From: Nageia nagi
Taxonomy: Eukaryota > Plantae > Pinophyta
Reading direction: 5' to 3'
DNA length: 64,000 nt
Assembly (NCBI GenBank): GCA_050084985.1
Contig: JBITNC010000002.1
Span: forward strand, 15,066,001-15,130,000
The notes below the pieces were generated by a model, which did not search any database, was not told the DNA's origin, and saw only the letters and a program-made list of their open reading frames with translations. Below, piece after piece: positions 52,500 to 64,000 of the stretch; position 1 is the first letter of the stretch, and each line of letters begins with the position of its first letter. A program made the position numbers and the translations under genes.

Positions 52500-54192
52500 T
52501 CCACTCTATTCTTCCAGAAGATGCTAAGTCTTCAAAGTCCAAAGTCATAACCCCTAACCCTAGTAGGCTATGTTCCTTCGTAAGATCCAAAGTGGTTGTT
52601 AGTCTTCAACCCATGATTTTTGATCTGAAATGGATTTTCGAAGTCTTAAAAAGGGTGATTTTTCAAGTTCTTTTGGTCGATTTTATTACATCATGTCAAG
52701 GAGCTCTCTTCCACAATTCCAACACTTCGAATGTTGAAGAAAAGGAGCTACGGTACAAAAGTTACAGCCATTTCAAGTTTTTTGAAAAATGTGAAAAAAT
52801 GCAAAATTTCGTTGTACCAATCATATTACTCTGTTGACTAGTCAAACACCTCGAACTGCATATAAATAAGATAAAATAAAGATGCATGGAGTTTGAATGG
52901 CAGTCTCTTTCCTCAAATGGAGAGTACGTGACTAAAGGGGTGCTCATAAATTCCAAAGGTGATCAACAATCAAAGTGCCAAGTGGCAGTCCATCATATGG
53001 TCCAAAAATAGAAGTGGGTATTTTTAAAAGGTGGTCGGCACGTTTGTTGAGATTTATATGGGTTGGAAGTGGTTTTACAAAGGTGGTGGAGAATATTATG
53101 TGATATTACCAATATATAATCCGCCCACATTTCATACGAATCCGGCAAGTCTCAGCCCTATGCCAAGTGGCAAATCTTTATAAGCCGCCCATTATATTTG
53201 TATGGAGGATTAATTGGATATTATATGGTCAGATGCCATATGCTATATAAGTATCGTGGATTAACATTTTATTAATAGCTCTTGGATGTGGAGATTAATT
53301 TGTTGGTTAGGTAAATGGTTTTTAAATGCAAACCAAATCTAATTACAACAATTGAAACACCAAAATTAGTTGCCAAATATAAAGGAGGACCATTCGTATT
53401 GTGGAGAGAAGATTGGGGAGAATAAATCTAAAGGGGAAAATGCTAATATTTAACATTATTGTAACCACTTCTCTATTTTAAAACCCCATATAAATTTATA
53501 AAAGGAAGCCTAGAGAAAGTGGAGAGTTAGATGTGCTCATGCATGAGAGTCTCTATTGTGTAAGCTCCATTATGGAGCTAAGTCTCAGTCTAATTCATTA
53601 TAGTGTGTGTGCATTATAGTGGATGTGAATGTGTAACAAGTGTGAGAGTTATGTGTGAGTGTAATACCATAATGTAGATTCCAAGGAGTCCATGGAAGAG
53701 ACAAGATGCTTGTTACTAAAGTCACCATAATTGGAAGAAAATGGTGATGCATTGTGAGAGTTGCACCATGTTTGTGAATGTGTTGGGAGAGGTCTCATAA
53801 TGCATAAGTGGCGATACGTATTGTGAGGGACCATGCTAAGTTAGTGGCTAGCTTTGTATGTGTGAACTTGGCACATGTTATTGTTGTGAGAGGTGATCCT
53901 TAAGATGTGAAAGACCTTCATATTAATCCAAGTAAAGTGGTCATGGAGGAGCTTATTTAAAGTCTTTCGAAGAGGTATTGAAAGCGCTTCCATCAAGTTG
54001 TTGGAAGTAGGGTTTCCTAATCATTTTGGATGTTGTAATGGAGGATCTACCTAATGAAGAATCACTCATTTGTTGTTGAACGTAGCCTTAGAGTGAGGTG
54101 AACCACAATAAATATTTGTATCAATCTTTGGTGTGATTGATATTTTATTTTGGCAATTAGTTGTGTTTTGTGGTTGTCTAATATTTTTCACA
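52500..54192 (+). mobile_element. Probable large LTR remnant
   Basis: TATA-like ttataaaagg ~53496, AATAAA ~54107 and a U5-like T/G-rich end ...tttttcaCA at 54192. Left boundary and TSD not resolved. Confidence 0.35.
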
Positions 54193-55870
54193 AGGACTTG
54201 AAGGTCAACTATGATGGATCTGTATATGATGAGATGGGAATGCCATAGGCAAACCCTCTTCACGGATCAATTGTAGTTAAACAATTTTGTCAAACGATTC
54301 ACATGCATGAATAATAGTCTTCGATCAGTCCACATTCCTCAGGCAATTGGACATCTTCTTTTCCTCTTGTAGTAGTAATTTCGGCTTAATTTTTCTTCTT
54401 TAGAAGTTCTAGCCATGAAATTTCGGACTTACGTCAATTCCATATACTACCAAACATTTTTGGGTATTGATATCATCTCTTATCTCAAGGAACTCCAATG
54501 GGTTTGCAATCTCTAGTCTTAGCTGAGAATTCTAGAAGGCCAAGACTTTTCCAGTATGTTGTTAATGTGGCCTCTTCCATCTTCAAACTTTTCCGAGACA
54601 TTGAGGCAAAATCATTGAAATGGCCTCTTGAAAAGTTCAATCTCCACACATTTCTCTTCTCTTTACACTTGGCCCCTCGCACATCACACATATGAACATG
54701 GGACAAAATGCCATGTGGTACTTTCGTACTTGTGGGGATGCTCCAGAAATAGAAGTGCAAACCAATACGCAAACAAACAAAATAATGCCATGTGGTATGA
54801 AATAATAGAAGAAAACAAACAATATGCAAATGTTCTAGAAATAGAAGCATGAACCCATTTGCGAACATACGAAATAATGTTGTATGGTGCTTTCATACTT
54901 TTTTGGATTCTCTAGAAAGTGAAAACTATATAAGATCCTTGGAATGTCTTTGCTGACCAAGTACTCAACAAATTTTGAGAATCCAAGAACAGTTATCAAA
55001 GGAATGTGAATAAGCTCAAAACTACTTCATCGGATGTCTGAACAAGTGCAAGAGGATGTAGGCATGGATTTACTATTAAATTAAAGCTAGTTTAGAAGCA
55101 ACTTCCCAGACATATTTATCGAATGCTCGAACACCATTAAAGATTTCAAAATTCTGAAATAACAAATCCAAAATTAAAATTTGGATCAATGAACCAGAGT
55201 GTTACAAGGCATAATACCAAGGGTAAAATGGATCAAGTTTTTCTAGAAGAGACAACAATGGCAATACCACCAAGATACACCTAATTCATTAAACTGAAGG
55301 AGAGGAATTCCAAAGAATATTGCAAGGCAACTATGTAAGCTAGGACAACCAAAGAACAAGGACATATCAAAAATCACAAACAACCAAGCCTCATCAAACA
55401 AAAAACAAAATTTTTACAAGTTTATTGGTGATGACATTCAAGATCTAGTGTGTCAACCATATGAACTGCCAATGTGTTGAACAAAAGATATTGATAAGGA
55501 ATATTTTCAACCACTCCAATTAGAGTGACAACTATTTGTATATGGAGCAATATAAGAGTCAAGTTAGTAACTAGGGACAACTAAGAAAAGCATTTGCAAA
55601 GCAATCCACACTACTAAGAAGCAATAATAAGATTGATGTAGACATTTAGGACAAAGGAACGAAGAATGCAAGGTGATACATTATATCACACATCCCACTG
55701 TTCAGTAGGAAAAGCCATTGTAGATTGCAAAACTAGTTGTTCGTCAACAAGTTGTGTCCAAAGTCTCACACAAGATCATAATCATCATGCCAATGGCATA
55801 TAATCTGGTGTATGATCATGACATGAACTTGAAAATCAAAACCAAAACATGTAAAGATGGAATGTGACAA

Positions 55871-56269
55871 TGTAATGACCCCTGCATAACTCCATAGTTA
55901 GCCTTGATTGTTGATGTTGTTAGTCAGTTATAGGTCAGCAATAGATCATACAAATTAGCGCAATCATTGTATTTACATATAAATAGAAGCATTGGTTACA
56001 TGCATAATCATCATTTATCTAGTTTGCTAAATTTGCATATTTAGGAAGTCACGCCTTTGATCTTTGAAACGGTGAAGGAAAGAAGTAGAGCTAATGTTAA
56101 GACCTAATCTAGTATCTACATGCAATCATTTTACTTCTTTTCCCAAAACATCTACTTTGATGTATAAAGGTAGGCTTTGATTAATGATGTATTTGCTAGG
56201 CAATTCCGAAGTATCAAACCAAACATCTCTATATTGTGAATTTCAAGTGTCTACAATGGTAACAAAAGC
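55871..56269 (+). mobile_element. Short LTR (55871-56255) with PBS-like sequence
   Basis: TGTAATGACCCC...GTGTCTACA followed by TGGTAACAAAAGC. Confidence 0.55.
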
Positions 56270-56349
56270 TATTGTATTCATATTTTTAGGCATGATTTCA
56301 TTCTTGAAAGTCTCATAATAATACCTCCCTATTTGATAGGGAAAGGTTC

Positions 56350-57990
56350 AATAGTTCAAACAAGAAAAATTTAGCTCAAGTACTTTTCAATTGATTAATA
56401 ACATTATTTAGATATGGTGCTAACTGCAATCCTTTAATGGTGATTGTTCAATTGAGATATGGATGTTTTGTCATAGTTTCTTGAAACTAGGAATACATTT
56501 CTTAAGCTTTCATTAGTTCCTTGTTGAATTGCACCGATATCTACTAGCATAGTTGGTCTCTTGATGTTATATCTATATTACATTAGCAACTTCTTCAAAA
56601 CTACAAAGAAATATAGGAGTAAGTTGATAAAAACAATCAATTGGTTCACCTTTTGAACTCCTAGGGAAACGTCTAGCCACTTGTCATCATTTCCAAATTT
56701 CACACTAAAATCTTCCTAAAACAATAGCAAATGTTGTCTTGGATATCCTTCTCCATTGAACACTTCAAATGATAGAGTTTATAGTCATGGAAGAGAATGA
56801 GTGTGAATATCCAAAAAGGAGGATTATGGCTAAGATTATTGTAAGAATAATGTGATCACCTTATATTTTTATAGATTTTATCTTTGCCTTAGTTTGATCC
56901 AATAGTTTCCTTGACTTTGTTGTTTTTGACTCTACTTGTACCCTAGAAGTGGGCAAAGTTGGACCTTGAACGTTTAGATTATCCTAAATGCTTTACTTTC
57001 TCTTTGTATTTTGGTTGTGTTGTAAGAAAGTATGATATTCATCTTCCATACCATTTTCTTGGAGACATTATTTGATCAAATTTGGATTCCTGTAGTATGA
57101 AGGCATGAAGCCCTATGGTTAGACATAGGATTTGACAATATTTGAGGTCACTAGATTTTCTATGATACCTAGGGTTTACTTAGACATCTAAGTTTTTAAA
57201 AGAAAAAAAACAGTTGAGTTCACAAATTTGCAGACAAAAAAATAGAAGAATATATTAAAATAAATACAATCATTATGTCTACAAAGTGAAAATAAATTAA
57301 TAGCAAAATATAATATCGAAATTTAGCAATTATGATTTTGCAAATTGATAAGATATTAAGAGGAGATACAAATAAATTATTTGGATGATGGGGTATTGGA
57401 TGCTTGCTAACAGACAATTTATGTTCTTGGAGGGCAAACCCTTGCTACAACCAATCTAAATAATTCTAAAGATAATTTTGGAAATGATAATCTTGAAGAT
57501 GATCCTGGAAATGGTATTTCTATAAACAATTATACTGAGATATTGTAGGCGTTACCGAGGCTTAGGAAAAAAGCATCAACATTTTGGGCTTATGATGCTA
57601 AAGCATTGGGCATTTTGAGCTTGGGTACCAAATCACTGATGCCCATTCTTGTTCCAACCCACTCTTTGCTCCTTTGATCAATTGGATAAGTTGGATGATA
57701 TTGTTGTGATGATGGAAAATGATCCTGCACAATTGCTTTCTTCTTGCAATAAATCTTGATGGTGATTATTTTGATTGTTTCATTCGACATATAAGCACTT
57801 AGGAGTGCTTCATAATAGATTAGTACATTGTATTTTGAGTTCACCGAGGTGGAACCCACTTGGAACAATGTGCATAGATGATAATGTCAAATTAGAAGAA
57901 ATCACTTAAGTTATTTCAAAATAACCTAAGTAGGCCAATAATTGACACTTCACATAAAACATATTAAAACACTTAAATAACTACATTTTA
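56350..57990 (-). mobile_element. Gypsy (Tat/Ogre-like) 5' remnant: LTR ending at 57229, then degenerate gag
   Basis: Minus-strand DYKTLSFEVFNGEGYPRQH (~56790-56735) resembles the Tat/Ogre gag FE.Y.G.GDP..H motif. The LTR belongs to the TGTAGACAC family. Confidence 0.55.
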
Positions 57991-58299
57991 AATAGAACAC
58001 GATGCGCATCTACCTCAGCTCTATCCCTTTGGTTTATCTTCACTTCCCTACTCCCTTGCTTGTTCAATCTTTATTTTCTCCTACCACTTACTCTGTTCAC
58101 GCCTTCTTTTTCCCTTACCTGCTCATTGCCCTTCTCTTCGCTCCTCTTTCTCACCACCCTCTTATGACATCAAAATGTAACATGTATGACCTCTATTTTG
58201 GGTAGGCTTCAACTAATTGATCAAGCCTCTTCAACTTTGAGCAATCCAAGGTAATTATTGATGCCCCCCTCAATAGATTCAGAAAATGGGATTGCCTAG

Positions 58300-58810
58300 C
58301 TCAATATCCCCAATAATATGATACACTCTAAGGAACAAAAACACAAAGGATCCTTAGTTGGGAAATTAACAAGCGCAAGACTGAACATACCTCAAAATCA
58401 CAACCCAAAGGATTTCCTTCTTTTCAAATTTAATTTCAATTTTGATATGGAGTTAGTTCTCCGAAGGGGACCTTGGTTTTTTTGGAAAGAAAGGATCGTA
58501 CCAAAGAAAATGGTACAAATGATTTCATCTGAAAAAGGAAAATGTTTCCTCCACCCCAATCTGGATCCAACTTCCAAAGCTATAAATCGAATTTTGGAAT
58601 GTGAACTTCATCATAGGGATCACTAAATCAATAGGCACTCTAATCACAATCAACAATGAACAAATCTCAACTCCTTACAACAAGATTTTGAAGACCTTCC
58701 AAGTAAAATTATCATAAGCTCCTCTAATGGAGAATGGAAACAAAAAATCGTATATGAACATCTAATTCCCAAATGCACAACTTGCAGAATTGACGAGCAC
58801 ACAAGGATTT
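58300..58810 (+). mobile_element. L1 ORF1 remnant (DUF4283 plus zinc knuckle)
   Basis: GSLVGKL...FLLFKF...DMELVLRRGPWFF, then WKQKIVYEHLIPKCTTCRIDEH. Confidence 0.7.
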
Positions 58811-59310
58811 TCTAGATCGAGTCAAAAAAAAAAGTCTTCAAAATGTGATATTATTCTCTTCATGTCGAAGAGCTCTCCATCAGCTTCCCAATGCCTTCAA
58901 TGATTTGAAAGTCCAATCAAGAATGGACGATTTATCGAGGTTTGAAGGTTTTAATAAATAATAATTAAAGATTATTATTTATTATTATTTAAAAGATATT
59001 TATTTTGAAAATTGCCAAATGGTTTCATTTTCCTCCATTATATCAAATACCATTTTAAGATTAAAATGGGATTCAAATATCCACTTGGAGTGGATGAGTC
59101 AACCTATCAGGTGGTCAACTACAATCATTAAGGGGCCACTTATTAAAATGTGTGAAAGGATTAGGATTAAAGGTTTAAGGTCTAAGGTTAAATATTTAGG
59201 GTTTAAGGTCCAACGTGGAGAAAGGGACCAGGTAAATCAAGACTAATTTAAGTAAAGTTCTCCAATTCAGCATTCTCTTCTATGCACATTGTTCTAAATG
59301 GGCCCACCTA

Positions 59311-60490
59311 TGTTAGGATCCCACATCCTAACATTTAATTATTAGTGGTAGTATAGTTGTTTGGTATATAGGCTTGTAATGTAAACCGTTGTATTTGTTT
59401 TACAATTAAAACTACCATTGTGTAATGCTTAAATATTTTGAACCATCAACCTTTGTAAGTTGTTTGATTGATTTGAGGTAGAGTTAGGGAAGTAATGCTA
59501 TAAATATATGTTCCCCCTGGTATTCACAAAGAGCCCACATGGCCCCTAGGGCATTCCTAGGAACATCTGGGCCATTCCCCAAAAACAGGGAACACCCAAA
59601 AAATTGTTCCCCAAGGCATACTCGCATTCTCAAAATGGAAGCATTCCCCTTGGCGTTCCCAAAGAGCCCATAAGAAGGGAAAGGTTCCTCCCTCCCCTAG
59701 GGCATTCCTGGGAACATCTGGGCCCCTCCCGAAAAACATAGAATGCCCAAAAAGCATTCCCCAAGGCCTTCCCAAAATGAGGGAATGTCGGGAATGCATT
59801 CTCATGGAATCTTGGTACAAACATAGTTATCTGACTTTACAAAGGATGACTCTTTAGTGGAGGAACCCCAAGCAATCTTGGAATGATGCACCCACCAACT
59901 TCACAATCACACCATTGCCAAATTTCTTATTCGATGGTGTGGATAAGCACCCAAAGATGCTTTCTTGGGAAGTACTTCATCAGCTTTAGCAACAATCTCC
60001 CCAGTTTCAACTTTGATGACAAAGCTTTTTCCAGGAGGGCTAGCATGTTAGGATCCATTATTAGTAGTAGTATAGTTGTTTGGTATATAGGCTTGTAATG
60101 TGAACCATCGTATTTGTTTTGTGATGTGAACCATTAGATTTGTTTTGTGGTGTGAACAACTATTTTGTAATACTCAAATACTTTGAACAGTCGACCTTTG
60201 TAAGTTGTTGGATTAACTTGGGCTAGAGTTAACGTAGTATTGCTATAAATATGAGGGGAAGAGATGGTATCTTGGAGAAAGTATTTTTCCTTTGAAGTTG
60301 TAACAAGTAAGCCCCTTGAAGCGGCCTCCAATTCTCATTGTTATTTCAACAAATTTATCTTATTGCAAATCGTCTTATTTTATTTGATATGCTTTGTTTA
60401 ATTTGAAGCTATGTTGGTATACTCTATTTTAGCTAATTTTAATAGGTGTTTATGTTGGTATTTTGAATTAGTTCCTTTAGGGTCTTAACA
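59311..60490 (+). mobile_element. Internally deleted chromovirus-type Gypsy element with TSD
   Basis: TSD ACCTA at 59306-59310 and 60491-60495. 3' LTR 60046-60490 (TG...CA) and partial 5' LTR 59311-59509. Chromodomain remnant EEPQAILE...KFLIRWCG*APKDA/SWE...QFQL/DDKAF lies just before the PPT-like GGAGGG. Confidence 0.85.
59510..59814. mobile_element. hAT-like non-autonomous end fragment with subterminal repeats
   Basis: Repeated cccctagggcattcct(a/g)ggaacatctgggcc and cattcccc motifs. The terminus catggaatcttg resembles the hAT end caatgaatccttg at 47489-47501. Confidence 0.5.
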
Positions 60491-60649
60491 ACCTAGGTGA
60501 ATTCAAAATTAAATTTGTGAATCCTTTAAAAAGCACACTCCCAAATGCTCATTTTGGAAAAGAAAAAGTTCATAAGCAATCATCATCAAGATCATAAGAA
60601 GAAAACAATAGTGTAAGAAAATCTTCAATTATCACAACAAATATCATCA

Positions 60650-61100
60650 AAACCATTAAGCAGCCAAAGGAGAAAAGGATGAGCTAAAATGGCCATGTAG
60701 GCCAAGAACATGCAATATTCTAGCACCCACGCCCAAAACACCCAATGCTCTAGCACCATAGTCCTAGAATACGAACACTATGGTCTCAACCCTCAACAAC
60801 AACCACAATTGAACTAGGTCATTCCCAAATGTCTACATATCAATTCTAGCATCATCCTAGCAAAAACATCTTCAAAATTGTCATTTACAAGATCATCTTC
60901 AAGATTATCATTTTTTAAATTATCTACACAAATATCCAAAATCAATGCAACTAGGGTTCACCCTCCAAGAACACAATCCTAGTTGTTAGATCCTATACGA
61001 CATTTAGCTATTAATCAACTTTCATTTTTCAGATATGATAAATGTGCATGTTTTAATACTTTGTTATTATTTTTGTGTCTACAAATTGGTGAAATCAACT
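60650..61100 (+). mobile_element. 3' part of a TGTAGACAC-family LTR (ends 61083) with PBS-like sequence
   Basis: ...ttttgtgtctaCA followed by aattggtgaaatcaact. Reverse-complement homology to 41000-41500 and 57229-57650. Confidence 0.55.
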
Positions 61101-62187
61101 CTTTGTATTATTTTCCGCCAAAACACTTAGATCTTTGGTGGACCAAATATTTTCAAATGCATGAAAAAGGCAGCGATTGACCATTGCCTAGAAAGTAATC
61201 ATGGAAGATGTTACTTTTTATCCAATGCAATTTAATATTATTATTATGGTAATATGTTTATATTAGACATATGATTGCATATTGTATGAAGAAGAAATGG
61301 TGAATCTTCGTGCCACTTCAAGAATGAAAAAGAAAACATAATATTGCATTTGTGTATGTCATGTTGAATGATGGTAGAAATTTTATTTTTCTTTAACATA
61401 AATATATTATTTTCTATTAATTGGCTAAAGACATATAAAGTCAAGCTTAATATGACGTTTCTTTTTTAATGCATAGAAAGATTTAATGGGTTGAAACATG
61501 TGATCTTGAGTATTAAAAGCTAAATGAGAACTCGGTGCTATGATGGTGGCTTGACCCTACTTACATCTCTCTAAGGAAGCTTAGGTTAGTCAATTGGAGA
61601 AAGCTTTTATGAGAAAGTGTAAGACTATGGAAGTCATAAATATCTTTTATGATTGAAAAAGATAGAATTGTATTTGATAGGTTGAAAGAAAAAAAAATTT
61701 ACTATGGTTCATATTTTTAGAACTCTCAAAATAAATCTCATTATTTGTATTACAAATGTTTCAATTTATTAACTTGATTAGATAAAATGATTTGATACAC
61801 ATGTACTTTAGAGATTCTAAGAAAAATTTTGGGTTTTGATTGTGAGGATCATTAACATTGAACTCTAACAATCCTAAAACCTTTTCTTCAACCCTAGGTT
61901 TTTGGTGAGATCACTATTTTGGAAAGCCTTTTATGAAAAATGACCCCAAAGCAAAAAGCAAAAGCTCATATGACAGAAGCATAACAAAGACATCCTGAAA
62001 AAACACATCAACTCGCTCTAGAATAACAAACGAAAATGCCAACATTCTTAAACTCTAGAGCCAAAATGCCAAATTTCTAGAACAGTAAAACCAAACCGCC
62101 AACATTTTGGGATTCCCATCCCACATCTAGATCAAAGCTGAAAGGCATAAATTCAATCACAACTAAAAATGTCAGCATGTATCAAAC

Positions 62188-63050
62188 CATAGTTGTTAGG
62201 CTCAGACTTGCTGAGGTCCCCTCGAGGCTTGGACTCGGGACTTGGAAAAAAACCACGGTTGAACTCAGAAAAAAGAAGAAATTATATATATTTTCACTGG
62301 CAACATGAGTTTTTTCAATTGCATATTACTTATTATTGTTATGAGTGTCATCTAGAAGCCTAATTAATCAACATCAACATTGTACAATTTACAATATACA
62401 CAATTACAAATAAGAAATGGCGAATACGAAGAAGCATATTTTGTATTCATCATAATATTAAAACTTCACAATACAAAATGTGCCTATGATGGTTGCAAAA
62501 TACAAAAACCTTAGTTACGCTATTGCCAATTTTAATTTTTTATCAAACAATCATAAATTTACAAAATCCCACAGCTTATTTTTAATATTTATCAAATGAA
62601 AAGTAAAAAGCAAAACCCCCAAAATAATGTTCAGAGCAAGCAAAATGGAAAACAAACCAAGCAAAAGAATGTAAAAGATAGAGAAATTATTTTATTTACT
62701 TCAATTCTTCAAGTTGTTGGTGTGCTAGTGTCACTTGGTGGGTGTTAGATTCTTCCCAACTCAAAGAAAATCCATTCTAATGGAGAGATCATTTTTTGGC
62801 TATAAAATGCATCTTGCCCTCTCTTTCACCTTTCTCCTAGTAGCTGCAAACTAAAAAATGGCAAATGAGGGTGCTTAAGTTTTTAAGTCACTTCTTTTTT
62901 CCTAAATATGGCCATTCCGACAGTCGAGACTCGCCCAAACTTGTCAAACTCACTGAGACTTGCCAAGTCCAAGTGATCTAGATTCACAAAGGCCTACTCG
63001 AGACTCAAACTCACGATTTCTGGCAAGTTCCAATGATTCTGACTACAATG
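62188..63050. mobile_element. Non-autonomous hAT-type element
   Basis: Imperfect TIRs CATAGTTGTTAG / CTGACTACAATG, 8-bp TSD tatcaaac/tttcaaac (7/8) and subterminal gact(t/c)g repeats at both ends. Confidence 0.7.
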
Positions 63051-64000
63051 TTTCAAACCAAAGTACAATCTCGAGAGGGGTAAAGAGAAAAATTTCATAG
63101 AAGAGCATTTAGCATTAAAATGGCACAATTTGTCAATAACTTCGATCAACAGACATTTGTAGATGAGGAAAACCATAATGATAGCTATGATACACTCCAA
63201 ATCCTTTCCCATGATTTTGATCCATATTTCAATGATAATGCACTTGATGACTTGAATAACCAATTTTCCCACTTGTTCAATGATGAAAGCAAAACAGTAT
63301 ATCCTAGCTCCCTTGATTCATCCAAAATTGAATGGTGTAATCCTTATGATGAAACTTGCAATGCTAATAATAATTGTCTTCATGAAAAATCTTGTTTAAG
63401 CAAAGGTCCTATGATGAGGATACACTTGCAAGGCTTGGATATCACAATTATCACACAAAGGTATGAATTATGTCCATCTCTCTACACAATGACACCATTC
63501 CTATGGTATACAAATCATCTACCATGAACAATACATATTATCCACTGTTGCACAACATAAGGTACATTTTCTCAAAATTCCCATTATCTTTCGTACTATT
63601 AATTTTGCATAGCTTCCACTTGCATTTTCATGGTTGGAATAGTTGCATGTTTGTATTTTTCAAACCTAGCTTAAGTACATAGCTAGCCTCTTGTTCCATG
63701 CATAGCTTGTTCAATGTTTATTGTTCTCTAGTTATCCCAATAATCGCTCAATTTCTCCCTCATCCGCACACTTGCCTTTGATTTCAGATTTTGCTCATCA
63801 TTAGGAGGAGCTCTTGAACTTTCTTTGATTTTTATCATTTGCTTCTTCTTTTCGCTGGCCAACTTTTCTCTTTGGCTTTATGATTTACATTGATTTGCTT
63901 ATTTATTCTAATGAAACCATGTTTATTGCACAATCAAAGTAACTAAGTTCAATGTTGAACAACTCATTGTAGTAATGTTTTTGGTTCGATCGTGAGACAA

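Noticed and set aside
63120-63682. 135-aa acidic ORF as a host gene
   Set aside because: No domain, splice or promoter support; frameshifted and embedded in TE debris

Overview
Eukaryotic (plant) nuclear DNA: AT-rich, gene-poor and mostly decayed transposons. The LTR termini (TGTAATGTCCCC, TGTAGACAC) and the very long TE-filled intron resemble gymnosperm genomes, which is an inference. Two host genes are visible. One is an intronless DREB2-type AP2/ERF transcription factor (3979-4638, +). The other is the 3' end of a FIST-domain gene (At5g63520-like, -), whose two visible exons (47849-47737 and 28544-28079) splice in frame across a 19,192-bp intron. That intron holds a Copia element, a non-autonomous gag-only LTR element with a perfect TSD, an intron-containing hAT transposase and several LTR remnants. 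Between the genes are a decayed pseudogene zone with an acetylornithine-aminotransferase fragment and a cluster of four same-family Copia pieces (13.1-26.7 kb). The cluster forms a multi-kb inverted repeat with LTR-end/integrase junctions. Smaller oddities are a tRNA-Ala fragment in a retrotransposon leader, telomere-type repeats inside a transposase, and a 42-bp near-perfect hairpin beside the hAT end. I see no prokaryotic-type systems (CRISPR etc.). All identities quoted are estimates by eye.
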